From Candidatus Symbiothrix sp. (GTDB lineage Bacteria > Bacteroidota > Bacteroidia > Bacteroidales > Azobacteroidaceae): a DNA stretch of 64,000 nt. The translations under genes were made by a program, and so were the position numbers. Shown piece after piece: positions 40,001-49,143 of this stretch (positions are counted from its first letter, which is position 1; each line of letters begins with the position of its first letter). The stretch is taken from the NCBI GenBank assembly GCA_031261285.1, contig JAISKM010000087.1:4516-68515 (forward strand), given 5' to 3'. Below the pieces are notes generated by a model, which saw only the letters and a program-made list of their open reading frames with translations, made no database searches and was not told the DNA's origin.

Positions 40001-41320
40001 ATGATGTTGAAGTTTTATGACCGCGAAAAAGAAATAGCTCTTTTGGAGAAGATTGAGCAAAAATCGTTGGAATCTGCTCAAATGACTTTCATTGTGGGAC
40101 GGCGACGTATTGGAAAAACGGCTTTGCTTACGAAAACATTTCAGGGAAAGTCGGCATTGTATTTTTTTGTGGAAAAAAAGAACGAGGCTTTACTTTGTGA
40201 AGAATTTGCGAACGAAATTCGCAACAAATTGGCAGTAACTATTTTTGGCGAGATGCGTTCTTTCAAAGAGGTATTTGGTTATTTGATGGAACTTTCGCAA
40301 GCGCGACATTTTACACTGATTATTGATGAATTTCAGGAGTTCCGAAACATTAACGCGTCAATTTACAGCGAAATGCAGAACGTTTGGGATGCCAATAAAG
40401 ATAAAAGTAAAATCAACCTGATTCTTTCTGGCTCGATTTATTCACTGATGAAACAGATTTTTGAAAATTCCAAAGAGCCGCTGTTTGGCAGAGCAACGGC
40501 CAGAATTCATATTAAAGCATTTGATATTGACACAATTAAAGGCATTATGCGTGATTATCGTCCCAATTTTTCAAATGAAGATTTACTGGCATTTTATCTT
40601 TTTACCGGCGGTGTAGCAAAATATGTTGAATTGTTGGCTGATGCGAAAGCATTTACGCTACGCAGCATTGTAAATGAGATTTTTTCGGATAACTCTCTTT
40701 TTCTTGACGAAGGCAAAAATGCCTTGATAGATGAGTTTGGCAAGGATTATGGAAACTATTTTTCAATACTTTCGCTTATTGCTTCGTCCAAAACCTCGCG
40801 CTCGGAAATAGAATCAATTTTGAATATGAATATCGGCGGTTTTTTGGAAAAATTGGAGAATGAATACGGCTTGATTACTAAGGTACGCCCTATTTTGTCG
40901 AAACCTGCTGGTAAAAATGTGAAATATCGAATCAACGACAATTTTCTGAATTTTTGGTTCCGATTTATTTATAAATATCGTGGTGCCGTGGAAACGGAAA
41001 GTTTTGATTATCTGAAAGATATAGTTAATAGAGATTATAAAACTTATAGTGGACAAATTTTGGAGCGGTATTTCCGTGAAAAAATCAGAAAGGAAGAAAA
41101 TCTTTCGGCAATTGGTGCGTATTGGGAAAGCGGCAATCGGAATGAAATTGATATTGTGGCAATTAACGAATATGAGAAGCGCGCCATAATCGCCGAAGTA
41201 AAACGCAATGCTGAAAAAATAAACCTGAATATATTGCAGGAAAAAGCAGAAACACTTGTGAGTAAACAACTCGTGGGCTACACAATAGAATATCGCGGAT
41301 TGTCAATGGAGGAAATGTAA
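40001..41320 (+). CDS. ATPase_2 (archaeal-type) ATPase with DUF234 nuclease-like C-terminus
   Basis: GRRRIGKT, IIDEFQ, DNFLNFWFRF and EIDIVA...EVK motifs. Confidence 0.88.
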   Translation: MMLKFYDREKEIALLEKIEQKSLESAQMTFIVGRRRIGKTALLTKTFQGKSALYFFVEKKNEALLCEEFANEIRNKLAVTIFGEMRSFKEVFGYLMELSQARHFTLIIDEFQEFRNINASIYSEMQNVWDANKDKSKINLILSGSIYSLMKQIFENSKEPLFGRATARIHIKAFDIDTIKGIMRDYRPNFSNEDLLAFYLFTGGVAKYVELLADAKAFTLRSIVNEIFSDNSLFLDEGKNALIDEFGKDYGNYFSILSLIASSKTSRSEIESILNMNIGGFLEKLENEYGLITKVRPILSKPAGKNVKYRINDNFLNFWFRFIYKYRGAVETESFDYLKDIVNRDYKTYSGQILERYFREKIRKEENLSAIGAYWESGNRNEIDIVAINEYEKRAIIAEVKRNAEKINLNILQEKAETLVSKQLVGYTIEYRGLSMEEM

Positions 41321-41325
41321 AAATT

Positions 41326-42255
41326 ATGGGTGATTATAAATTCGCATCAAAAAAATTTAATCTCCTTTTTACCGGTGCAAACGGCTTCCTCGGCAAAAAT
41401 ATCCAGCCGCTTTTAGAAGCAGACGGTTACGTCATTTCTAAGTTAGACATTGCAAATGCCGACATTGAATGTAATATCAGCAAAGAAATCCCCAATTTCA
41501 ATACGCGCCATTATGATCTTGTGCTTCATGCTGCCGGTAAAGCCCACGTTGTGCCGAAAACGGAAGCCAAGAAGCAAGCCTTTTTCGACATCAATTATCA
41601 AGGAACAGTTAATCTGTGTAAGGCATTAGAAAAAATCGGTTTGCCTCAATCTTTTATATTTATTAGCACCGTAGCGGTTTATGGTTGCGATTTTGGCGAA
41701 AACATTACGGAAGAGCATCCATTAAATGGTGATACACCTTACGCGTTAAGCAAAATTCAAGCAGAAAAATACCTGACAGAATGGTGTCGTGAGCACCATG
41801 TGATTCTGTCGATCATTCGTCCATCGTTGATTGCGGGACCAAACCCTCCGGGTAATTTGGGCGACATGATTAAAGGAATAAAAACAGGACGCTATGTAAA
41901 TATTGCCGGCGGTAAAGCAAAGAAAAGTGTGCTGATGGTGCAAGATATTGCTCGTTTAGTGCCTTTGTTGGCTGAAAAGGGAGGTGTCTATAATGTGTGT
42001 GACGATGAACAGCCGACCTTTGCCCAATTAGCCGAATTAATTGCACAACAACTGAATAAAAACTCTCCTTTGAATATTCCCTATTGGTTGGCAAAATCAA
42101 TGGCGTTGGTTGGCGACTGTCTTGGCAAAAAAGCTCCCATCAATTCGTTGAAACTGAAAAAGATAATGGCGTCTTTGACTTTCAACAATGCAAAAGCAAA
42201 AAGAGAGTTGAATTGGCAGCCACTTTCGGTGTTGGATAATTTCAAAATAAAATAA
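41326..42255 (+). CDS. NAD-dependent epimerase/reductase
   Basis: TGANGFLG, HAAGKAH and YALSK motifs. Confidence 0.85.
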   Translation: MGDYKFASKKFNLLFTGANGFLGKNIQPLLEADGYVISKLDIANADIECNISKEIPNFNTRHYDLVLHAAGKAHVVPKTEAKKQAFFDINYQGTVNLCKALEKIGLPQSFIFISTVAVYGCDFGENITEEHPLNGDTPYALSKIQAEKYLTEWCREHHVILSIIRPSLIAGPNPPGNLGDMIKGIKTGRYVNIAGGKAKKSVLMVQDIARLVPLLAEKGGVYNVCDDEQPTFAQLAELIAQQLNKNSPLNIPYWLAKSMALVGDCLGKKAPINSLKLKKIMASLTFNNAKAKRELNWQPLSVLDNFKIK

Positions 42256-42299
42256 ATTTGATGAATCTGTTATTCTTTAAAGATTTTTTATTACCTTTG

Positions 42300-42358
42300 C
42301 ACTGCAAAATTACATGATAATTTGCAGCAACACTGCAAAATTACATGATAATTTGCAG
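42300..42358. repeat. Two copies of a 28-bp palindromic operator-like sequence
   Basis: cactgcaaaattacatgataatttgcag x2, immediately after -7 box 42292-42299. Confidence 0.8.
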
Positions 42359-42381
42359 TATAAAAATTAAAAATAATCGAC

Positions 42382-43521
42382 ATGTATAACAGAAGGCAGG
42401 TTTTGGAAGGGTCTGAAAATGAGAGCGTATTTTTATGGGGTGCGCGGCAAACGGGTAAAAGTACATTGATTAAATCATTGTTTCCTGATGCGTTGATGTT
42501 CGATTTATTGCTCAATAGCGACTATGAAAAGTTGCTAAACAATCCTTCGCTGATTCACGAAATGATTGAAGCAGATACGTCAATTCAAACAGTTGTCATT
42601 GATGAAATACAACTTTTGCCTCAATTGTTGAACGAGATTCATTGGCTGATTGTCAATAAAAACATTCGATTCATAATGAGTGGTTCAAGCACTCGTAAAA
42701 TTTTACGTGCCGGTGTCAATTTATTGGGAGGTAGAGCGTTGCGCTACGAACTATACCCTTTGGTTAGCACTGAAATACCTGATTTTGATTTGTTGAAAGC
42801 GTTAAACAACGGTTTATTGCCACGACTTTACGATGCAACGAATGCAAAAAAAATGTTGTCGGCATATATAGGTAGCTATTTGCGTGATGAAATTGCAGCC
42901 GAGGCACAAGTCAGAAATATGCCTGCTTTCGGACGTTTTCTCGAAACGACGGCTCTCACAAATGGCGAAATGGTCAACTATACAAATATTGCATCTGATA
43001 CAAGTGTAAGTGTGAATACAGTCAAAACGTATTTTCAAATCTTGGAAGAAACACTGTTAGGACGTTATTTGCCGTCATTTCAGAAAAGACCTAAACGGCG
43101 GGTGATTTCTGCACCCAAATTTTATCTGTTTGATGTGGGGGTGGCTAATTCGTTGCTTAACAGAGGGAAAATAGAATTTGGGACGGAGCTTTTTGGCAAA
43201 GCTTTTGAACATTTCATTTATCAGGAAATTTATGCCCACAGTCGCTATTCCGACAGCAATTACCCGATTTATTATTGGCGGACAGCCTCGCAATTAGAAA
43301 TTGATTTTGTGCTCGGCGACCATGAAGTAGCGATAGAAGTGAAATCCACCACGCAAGCCAACCCGCACCATTTGAAGGGACTAAAAGCATTTGCCGAAGA
43401 ATACAATGTAAAGCATAAAATACTGATTTCCAACGACCCTCATCCACGTTTGGTCGACGGTATAATGATTTATCCGTGGAATGTTTTTTTACAAAAACTG
43501 TGGGCAGGTGAAATAATTTAA
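42382..43521 (+). CDS. AAA_14 ATPase with DUF4143 domain
   Basis: GARQTGKS, IDEIQ, PKFYLFDVG and EIDF...IEVKS motifs. Confidence 0.9.
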   Translation: MYNRRQVLEGSENESVFLWGARQTGKSTLIKSLFPDALMFDLLLNSDYEKLLNNPSLIHEMIEADTSIQTVVIDEIQLLPQLLNEIHWLIVNKNIRFIMSGSSTRKILRAGVNLLGGRALRYELYPLVSTEIPDFDLLKALNNGLLPRLYDATNAKKMLSAYIGSYLRDEIAAEAQVRNMPAFGRFLETTALTNGEMVNYTNIASDTSVSVNTVKTYFQILEETLLGRYLPSFQKRPKRRVISAPKFYLFDVGVANSLLNRGKIEFGTELFGKAFEHFIYQEIYAHSRYSDSNYPIYYWRTASQLEIDFVLGDHEVAIEVKSTTQANPHHLKGLKAFAEEYNVKHKILISNDPHPRLVDGIMIYPWNVFLQKLWAGEII

Positions 43522-43590
43522 TATACGCACACTTTAAAGTGCTATTTTTGATATAAATTGCACAATATTTAATACAATTTTTTTATACCT

Positions 43591-44934
43591 GTGATGCAAA
43601 CACCCGGAGTTTATAGCGTTGAAAAGAACGCATTCCCTAATTCTGTTGTAGAAGTGGCAACCGCCGTTCCTGCCTTCATCGGTTATACCGAAAAAGCCCT
43701 CAATGGGGACAAATCCTTGCTCAATAAGCCTTTCCGAATTACTTCCATAGCGGAATTTCGTGCCTGTTTTGGCGAAGCGCCTCGACCTAAATTTAGCTTC
43801 GAAGCGTTGGCAGATGGAATTTATGTCCTCAAACGGGTCGATTCTTTTACACTGTATTACAACATGTTGCTGTTTTATGCGAACGGTGGTGGTCCCTGCT
43901 ACATTGTTTCTGTAGGCGACTATACGAGCGATGACATTGACAAGGCAAAATTGCAAGCCGGTATTGACACACTTGTAAAAGAGCAGGAGCCGACTTTATT
44001 AGTGATACCCGAAGCGGTGAACCTCAAGGCAAGTAAGGATTGTTACGCTTTACAACGAGCGATGTTAGCGCATTGCGGAAGTGTCATGAAAAATCGTTTC
44101 GCCATATTGGATATTTACGATGGAGCAAAAGATAGCAAAGGTCATCAGGGAGATGTGATAAACGCATTTCGCGAACAGGTAGGAAATGAGTTTCTTGATT
44201 ATGGTGCAGCTTATTATCCCTGGATCAATACTTCTATCGTGCAGGAAAAGGAACTCAGTTTTCAGAATTTGGATATTGTCACGCAGAATGGTTTGTTGAC
44301 GGATGAATTAAGTCCGCTTTATGCTCGAATTATCGGAGAGATGCGTTTTATGCTCAATTTGCTTCCCATATCAGCCGCCATGGCAGGTGTTTACGCCTTG
44401 ACTGACAGTACAAAAGGCGTATGGAAAGCTCCAACTAATGTCGGTATTGCGAAGGCTGTTAGTCCGGCGGTCAGTATTTTGCACGAAGCGCAAGAAGAGT
44501 TGAATGTGTCTGTCAGCGGCAAATCTGTCAATGTCATCCGTTCTTTTATCAGTGAAGGAATAATAATTGGGGGAGCGCGCACTTTGGACGGCAACTCCTT
44601 GAATTGGAGGTATATAAATGTACGCCGCACGATGATTATGTTGGAAGAATCGATTAAGAACGCTTTGAAAGCATACGTTTTTGAGCCGAATGTTGCCACT
44701 ACATGGGTAAACGTGAAAGGTATGATTTCCAACTTTCTTAATGGAATATGGAAGCGTGGAGGGTTAGCAGGTGATAAGCCTGACAATGCGTATCGCGTAC
44801 ACGTGGGGTTGGGTGAAACAATGACATCCACAGACTATCTCGAAGGCATCATGCGTATTACTGTCTTGGTGGCACTTGTTCGTCCAGCAGAATTTATCGA
44901 GATTACCTTCCAACAACAAATGCAGAAAAGTTAA
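43591..44934 (+). CDS. Contractile tail sheath protein (eCIS Afp2/3-like), orphan
   Basis: TPGVYSVEKNAFPNSVVEVATAVPAFIGYTE, GAAYYPW, WRYINVRR and RPAEFIEITFQQ motifs. Confidence 0.88.
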   Translation: MMQTPGVYSVEKNAFPNSVVEVATAVPAFIGYTEKALNGDKSLLNKPFRITSIAEFRACFGEAPRPKFSFEALADGIYVLKRVDSFTLYYNMLLFYANGGGPCYIVSVGDYTSDDIDKAKLQAGIDTLVKEQEPTLLVIPEAVNLKASKDCYALQRAMLAHCGSVMKNRFAILDIYDGAKDSKGHQGDVINAFREQVGNEFLDYGAAYYPWINTSIVQEKELSFQNLDIVTQNGLLTDELSPLYARIIGEMRFMLNLLPISAAMAGVYALTDSTKGVWKAPTNVGIAKAVSPAVSILHEAQEELNVSVSGKSVNVIRSFISEGIIIGGARTLDGNSLNWRYINVRRTMIMLEESIKNALKAYVFEPNVATTWVNVKGMISNFLNGIWKRGGLAGDKPDNAYRVHVGLGETMTSTDYLEGIMRITVLVALVRPAEFIEITFQQQMQKS

Positions 44935-44988
44935 CGTAATTACAAATTAAAAATTTGTATAATTCAAATAAAAACACTATCTTTGTAC

Positions 44989-45273
44989 ATGCCACGCTCA
45001 CAAGACATAAAAGATTTTATCCGCGAACACCAAGCTCTGTTTTGGTATTCGCCCGAAGACAAGTGCGAAACGGTAAGCGACGAACTGCTGGTGGAAACGA
45101 TATTGAATTACGGCGATATGTCTGCCGTAGTAAAATTATTTCGACTTATGGGAATAAAAAAAGTGGCAAAAATATATTTTTCCTCTATCAATCGTAGTGA
45201 AAGAAGTAAAAATAATTACCATGAATTGACATCAAATTATTTCACTTTATTATTTAATCGCTATGCACATTGA
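44989..45273 (+). CDS. Small protein, putative antitoxin partner of the AbiEii-like gene
   Basis: LFWYS...LVETILNYGD motif; overlaps the downstream gene; -7 box at 44978-44985. Confidence 0.6.
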   Translation: MPRSQDIKDFIREHQALFWYSPEDKCETVSDELLVETILNYGDMSAVVKLFRLMGIKKVAKIYFSSINRSERSKNNYHELTSNYFTLLFNRYAH

Positions 45274-45703
45274 GATATTATCAGATAAACAGCAAGAATT
45301 GTTGTCGTTTGTTTCACAATTCAAACGTAGTTTTTATTTGGTTGGAGGCACGTATCCGGTAACTCATCCTGTTAAATTGGATACCATCATTTCGATGCCA
45401 TCCTTGTTGTCGCTGGCGGCAATGAAGGCGTTTGCTTTGGGCAGGCGAACCAAATGGAAAGATTATGTTGATCTTTATTTTTTGTTGAGAGATTCTTTTA
45501 CGGTACAGGAAATTTCTGATGAAGCCGAAAAGATATTTGGAGATCTATTTTCTGAAAAATTGTTTAGGCAACAATTAGCTTTTCACGCAGACATTGATTA
45601 TCGTGAGCAAGTGGATTTCTTGCCGGGCTTTGAAGTCGGTGCAGAAGAAGTAAAAGATTTTTTGATTGATAAGTCGTTAGAACTAAATCTTGGTGTTGCA
45701 TAA
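45263..45703 (+). pseudogene. AbiEii-type nucleotidyltransferase with in-frame internal deletion
   Basis: FYLVGGT directly followed by YPVTHPVK; HRxSxDxD region absent; MKAFALGRR..KDYVDLY retained. Confidence 0.7.
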
Positions 45704-45722
45704 TTTTAAAATAGAAAAAATA

Positions 45723-45788
45723 TAACAACAGTATTTTCAATGGTTATCGACCAAAAAACCACTTAACAACAGTATTTTCAATGGTTAT
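45723..45788. repeat. 25-bp direct repeat x2, operator-like
   Basis: taacaacagtattttcaatggttat at 45723 and 45764, upstream of -7 box 45816-45823. Confidence 0.8.
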
Positions 45789-45844
45789 TTTATTGTTTTA
45801 TCCAAGAAAAATGACTACCTTTGCAGCATGAAAAACAAAGAAAC

Positions 45845-46156
45845 ATGGATTGGCAAAATTTAAGTAATGCAGCTGCAATAGCAGAAATCGGAAAGCGATT
45901 AAAAGCTTACCGCCTGAAGAAAAAACTGACGCAAAAAGATTTGGCTGAACGAGCTGGAATCAGTTTGTTTACAGTGGCGCAAATGGAAAAAGGAAGACCC
46001 GTTTCCATCACTATGTTGCTCCCTGTGCTACGAGTACTGCGTTTGTTGGATAATTTGGAGCAACTTGTGCCCGAAATTGGCATAAGCCCAATAGAACTGA
46101 TGAAACTGAAAGGCAAAACGCCCCAACGAATAAAACCACCTAAAGAGAAATTGTGA
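45845..46156 (+). CDS. XRE HTH antitoxin (HipB-like)
   Basis: LTQKDLAERAGISLFTVAQMEKG; similar to 18477 protein. Confidence 0.85.
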   Translation: MDWQNLSNAAAIAEIGKRLKAYRLKKKLTQKDLAERAGISLFTVAQMEKGRPVSITMLLPVLRVLRLLDNLEQLVPEIGISPIELMKLKGKTPQRIKPPKEKL

Positions 46157-46161
46157 GTTAA

Positions 46162-46236
46162 GTTCGACCCCTTTGGGGTCGCATATTTATAGGGGAGCAT
46201 ATCATCTATAAACATCCTGACCCCGTAGGGGTCGAC
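46162..46236. repeat. Paired REP palindromes between hipB and hipA
   Basis: cgacccctttggggtcg and gaccccgtaggggtc. Confidence 0.75.
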
Positions 46237-46249
46237 TAATTAATAATTG

Positions 46250-47542
46250 ATGGAAACGGTATTAAAAGTGGTTTTGTGGGGCAAGGACGTGGCTGCGGTG
46301 GTTTGGGACAAAGCGCGCACTTGCGCCACGCTGGAGTTTTACGATTCGTTTGTCAACGAGCGATTGAACGTTGCGCCGCTCGCTATGCCGTTACACGATA
46401 TTGTGAGGGGGGATAAGGTGTTTACTTTCCCTTCATTGAGCGAAAAAACATTCAAGGGATTACCGGGATTGTTAGCGGATTCACTTCCTGACGATTATGG
46501 TAATAAAATTCTGGACGAGTGGTTTGCCAGCCAAGGGTTGAGTTTTGCCGAATTTACTCCCATTGACCGTTTGTGTTATGTGGGTAAACGTGGGATGGGT
46601 GCTTTAGAATACGAGCCTGCCAATAAAGATACCGCTTTGAATGAGTCTGCAAAAATTGAAATCGAACAACTAACGACATTGGCAAGAGAAGTGCTGAATC
46701 AACGCGAAGCCTTTTGCGCCGATTTGCTCAAAGACGATAAACCCGTTTTAGATATATTAAAAGTAGGCACTTCCGCCGGCGGTGCTAAGCCCAAAGCCAT
46801 TATTGCCATCAATGAACAGACCGGAGAAATCCGTTCGGGACAAGTGAAAGCCCCCGATGGTTTTACCTATTGGCTACTCAAATTTGACGGAGTAGAAGAT
46901 CACAAATTAAGAGATAACCCTTTGGGAATCGGACGAATAGAATATGCCTACTACCAAATGGCAACTGATTGCGGCATTGAAATGACAGATTCTAAATTGC
47001 TGGTCGAAGGCGATTATGCCCATTTTATGACCAAACGTTTTGATCGGACGGATTTAGGCGAAAAACGGCATACGCAAACGCTCTGTGCCATTGCCCATTT
47101 CGATCGCGACGATCGCCATTCCTACGAACAAGCGTTTCAAGTGATGCGTCAACTGCATCTGCCGTATCCCGAAATGGAACAAATGTATCGTCGAATGGTC
47201 TTCAATGTCATCGCTCGCAACCACGATGATCACACCAAAAACCACTCATTCATCATGAGCAAAACAGGCGAATGGTCATTAGCTCCCGCCTACGATTTGT
47301 GCTACTCCTATTCGCCGTCAGGCAAGTGGACAAATCAGCACCAGTTGTCGCTCAACAACAAACGCGACAATTTCACGCAAGAAGACCTCCTTTCGGTGGC
47401 AAAAAACATGGACATAAAAAATGCCTCCGCAATTGTTCAACAAGTCACGGAAGTGGTCGCTCATTGGGAAACTTACGCACAAAAAGCAGATGTGAAAAAA
47501 GAGGCTATTCAACAAATAAAAGCAACGTTAAGACTATTTTAA
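46250..47542 (+). CDS. hipA: HipA-family kinase toxin
   Basis: SAGGAKPKA, KRFDR, NHDDHTKN and LAPAYDL motifs. Confidence 0.92.
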   Translation: METVLKVVLWGKDVAAVVWDKARTCATLEFYDSFVNERLNVAPLAMPLHDIVRGDKVFTFPSLSEKTFKGLPGLLADSLPDDYGNKILDEWFASQGLSFAEFTPIDRLCYVGKRGMGALEYEPANKDTALNESAKIEIEQLTTLAREVLNQREAFCADLLKDDKPVLDILKVGTSAGGAKPKAIIAINEQTGEIRSGQVKAPDGFTYWLLKFDGVEDHKLRDNPLGIGRIEYAYYQMATDCGIEMTDSKLLVEGDYAHFMTKRFDRTDLGEKRHTQTLCAIAHFDRDDRHSYEQAFQVMRQLHLPYPEMEQMYRRMVFNVIARNHDDHTKNHSFIMSKTGEWSLAPAYDLCYSYSPSGKWTNQHQLSLNNKRDNFTQEDLLSVAKNMDIKNASAIVQQVTEVVAHWETYAQKADVKKEAIQQIKATLRLF

Positions 47543-47621
47543 AATGAAATATAGTGCACTTTTTGCTTGTTTTATAAAATAAAAGCAGTATCTTTGTGCC
47601 GAAAGAGTAATTTATTGCACT

Positions 47622-47828
47622 ATGAAATTTGCTAAACAGATTAAAGAAAGACGTTCTGTGCTCGGAATCAACCAACAAGATTTGGCTGATATTTCCGGTG
47701 TGGGCTTGCGCACGATTAAGCAAATAGAGGTAGGAAAAGGGAATCCGTCTATTAAAACACTTTCGGCAATTTTAGATGTGTTGGGAATGGAATTAGTCAC
47801 AAAAATTAAAACAACATCTGAATTATGA
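47622..47828 (+). CDS. HTH antitoxin (HipB-like)
   Basis: INQQDLADISGVGLRTIKQIEVG; -7 box at 47589-47596. Confidence 0.85.
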   Translation: MKFAKQIKERRSVLGINQQDLADISGVGLRTIKQIEVGKGNPSIKTLSAILDVLGMELVTKIKTTSEL

Positions 47829-48154
47829 AGCAAGCTCAAGTGTATATGAATAAGCTATTGGCTGGAACGTTGAGAAAACAGGATGATGGAACTTATTTAT
47901 TTCGTTATAACGATGTTTATTTTGTAAACCCGGATTTGTCTGCCATAAGTTTAACATTACCTAAGACCAAACAGGAGTATCATTCCAGTGTGCTATTTCC
48001 TTTTTTCTTTAATATGCTTTCGGAAGGGGTGAATAAACAGGTGCAGTTACGGCAATTCAAATTAGACGAAGATGATTATTTTGGCTTGCTTTTGGCTACA
48101 GCAGGCAATGATACGATTGGAGCCATTACCGTCAAAGAATTGAAAGAAGCATGA
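47825..48154 (+). CDS. Stand-alone HipA N-terminal domain protein (HipS-like)
   Basis: ISLTLP, LFPFFFNMLSEG and DTIGAITV motifs. Confidence 0.82.
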   Translation: MKQAQVYMNKLLAGTLRKQDDGTYLFRYNDVYFVNPDLSAISLTLPKTKQEYHSSVLFPFFFNMLSEGVNKQVQLRQFKLDEDDYFGLLLATAGNDTIGAITVKELKEA

Positions 48155-49116
48155 TTGCCGCACCTGATACATATACTCCCATAACGCTCAAAAGAGTGTT
48201 TGACACTAAAAAAGTCAGCCCTCTGCTTGCTTTTTCCAATGTGGCAAGTCAGCGCAAAGTCATTGATGAAAATATTGGCAAAATCTCCATCTCCGGCGTG
48301 CAGGAAAAATTGTCTGTGATTATTGACCATGAGAAAATCATTTTAACGCCCGAAGGTGTGCAGGGGACGCATATTATTAAAGCTGCACCTGATTATAAAC
48401 GATTGAAAAATCGCAATCAATTACCTGCCAATGAACACCTTACGATGCAAATTGCGCAACAGGTTTATGGACTTTCGGTAGCTGAAAATGCCATGGTTTT
48501 TTTCCGAAATGGCGAAGCCGCGTATATCACGAAACGATTTGATATTGACAAAAATAAGTGTAAAATCAAGCAAGAGGATTTTGCTTCTTTGTCACAAAAA
48601 ACCAAAGAAACGGATGGCGACAATTTCAAATATACAGGCGATTATGTCACTGCCGGACAACTTATTAAACAGTTTGTAGCGGCTTGGCAAATTGAAACTG
48701 TCAAGTATTTTCGCCTGATAGTGTTCAACTATCTTTTTGCCAATGGCGATGCCCACTTAAAGAATTTTTCTTTACAGCAAACGACGACCGGCGATTATCT
48801 TTTAACGCCTGCTTATGATTTGTTGAATACTTCATTACACGTTAATGATGAAGATTTTGCGTTAAGCGGAGGGTTGTTTGATAAACAACATTGTTCTGAA
48901 ATATATCTGCAAACGTCGCATCCATGTCAGGAAGATTTTATGACGTTTGGGACGTTGTTGGAGATTCCGAAAGTAGTCATAAACAAGACGCTCAATAAAT
49001 TTACAACCCCACAAGGTTTAGTAACAGAATTAACGGAAAGATCATTCCTTAATGAGCAATTAAAACGCATGTACTTGAGAAGCTATCAAGAGCGATTGAG
49101 CCGGTTACAACGCTAA
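48151..49116 (+). CDS. HipA C-terminal kinase (HipT-like)
   Basis: SISGVQEK, ANEHLTMQ, KRFD, NGDAHLKNFS and LTPAYDL motifs. Confidence 0.85.
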   Translation: MIAAPDTYTPITLKRVFDTKKVSPLLAFSNVASQRKVIDENIGKISISGVQEKLSVIIDHEKIILTPEGVQGTHIIKAAPDYKRLKNRNQLPANEHLTMQIAQQVYGLSVAENAMVFFRNGEAAYITKRFDIDKNKCKIKQEDFASLSQKTKETDGDNFKYTGDYVTAGQLIKQFVAAWQIETVKYFRLIVFNYLFANGDAHLKNFSLQQTTTGDYLLTPAYDLLNTSLHVNDEDFALSGGLFDKQHCSEIYLQTSHPCQEDFMTFGTLLEIPKVVINKTLNKFTTPQGLVTELTERSFLNEQLKRMYLRSYQERLSRLQR

Positions 49117-49143
49117 ATTTATCAGATAAAAAACATAGTGTAA

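Noticed and set aside
42382-43521. Afp15-type eCIS ATPase partnering the sheath
   Set aside because: Motifs match AAA_14/DUF4143, like the other cassette ATPases
39268-45788. CRISPR arrays
   Set aside because: Only 2-3 units each, with no or irregular spacers and no cas genes; positions next to promoters fit operators
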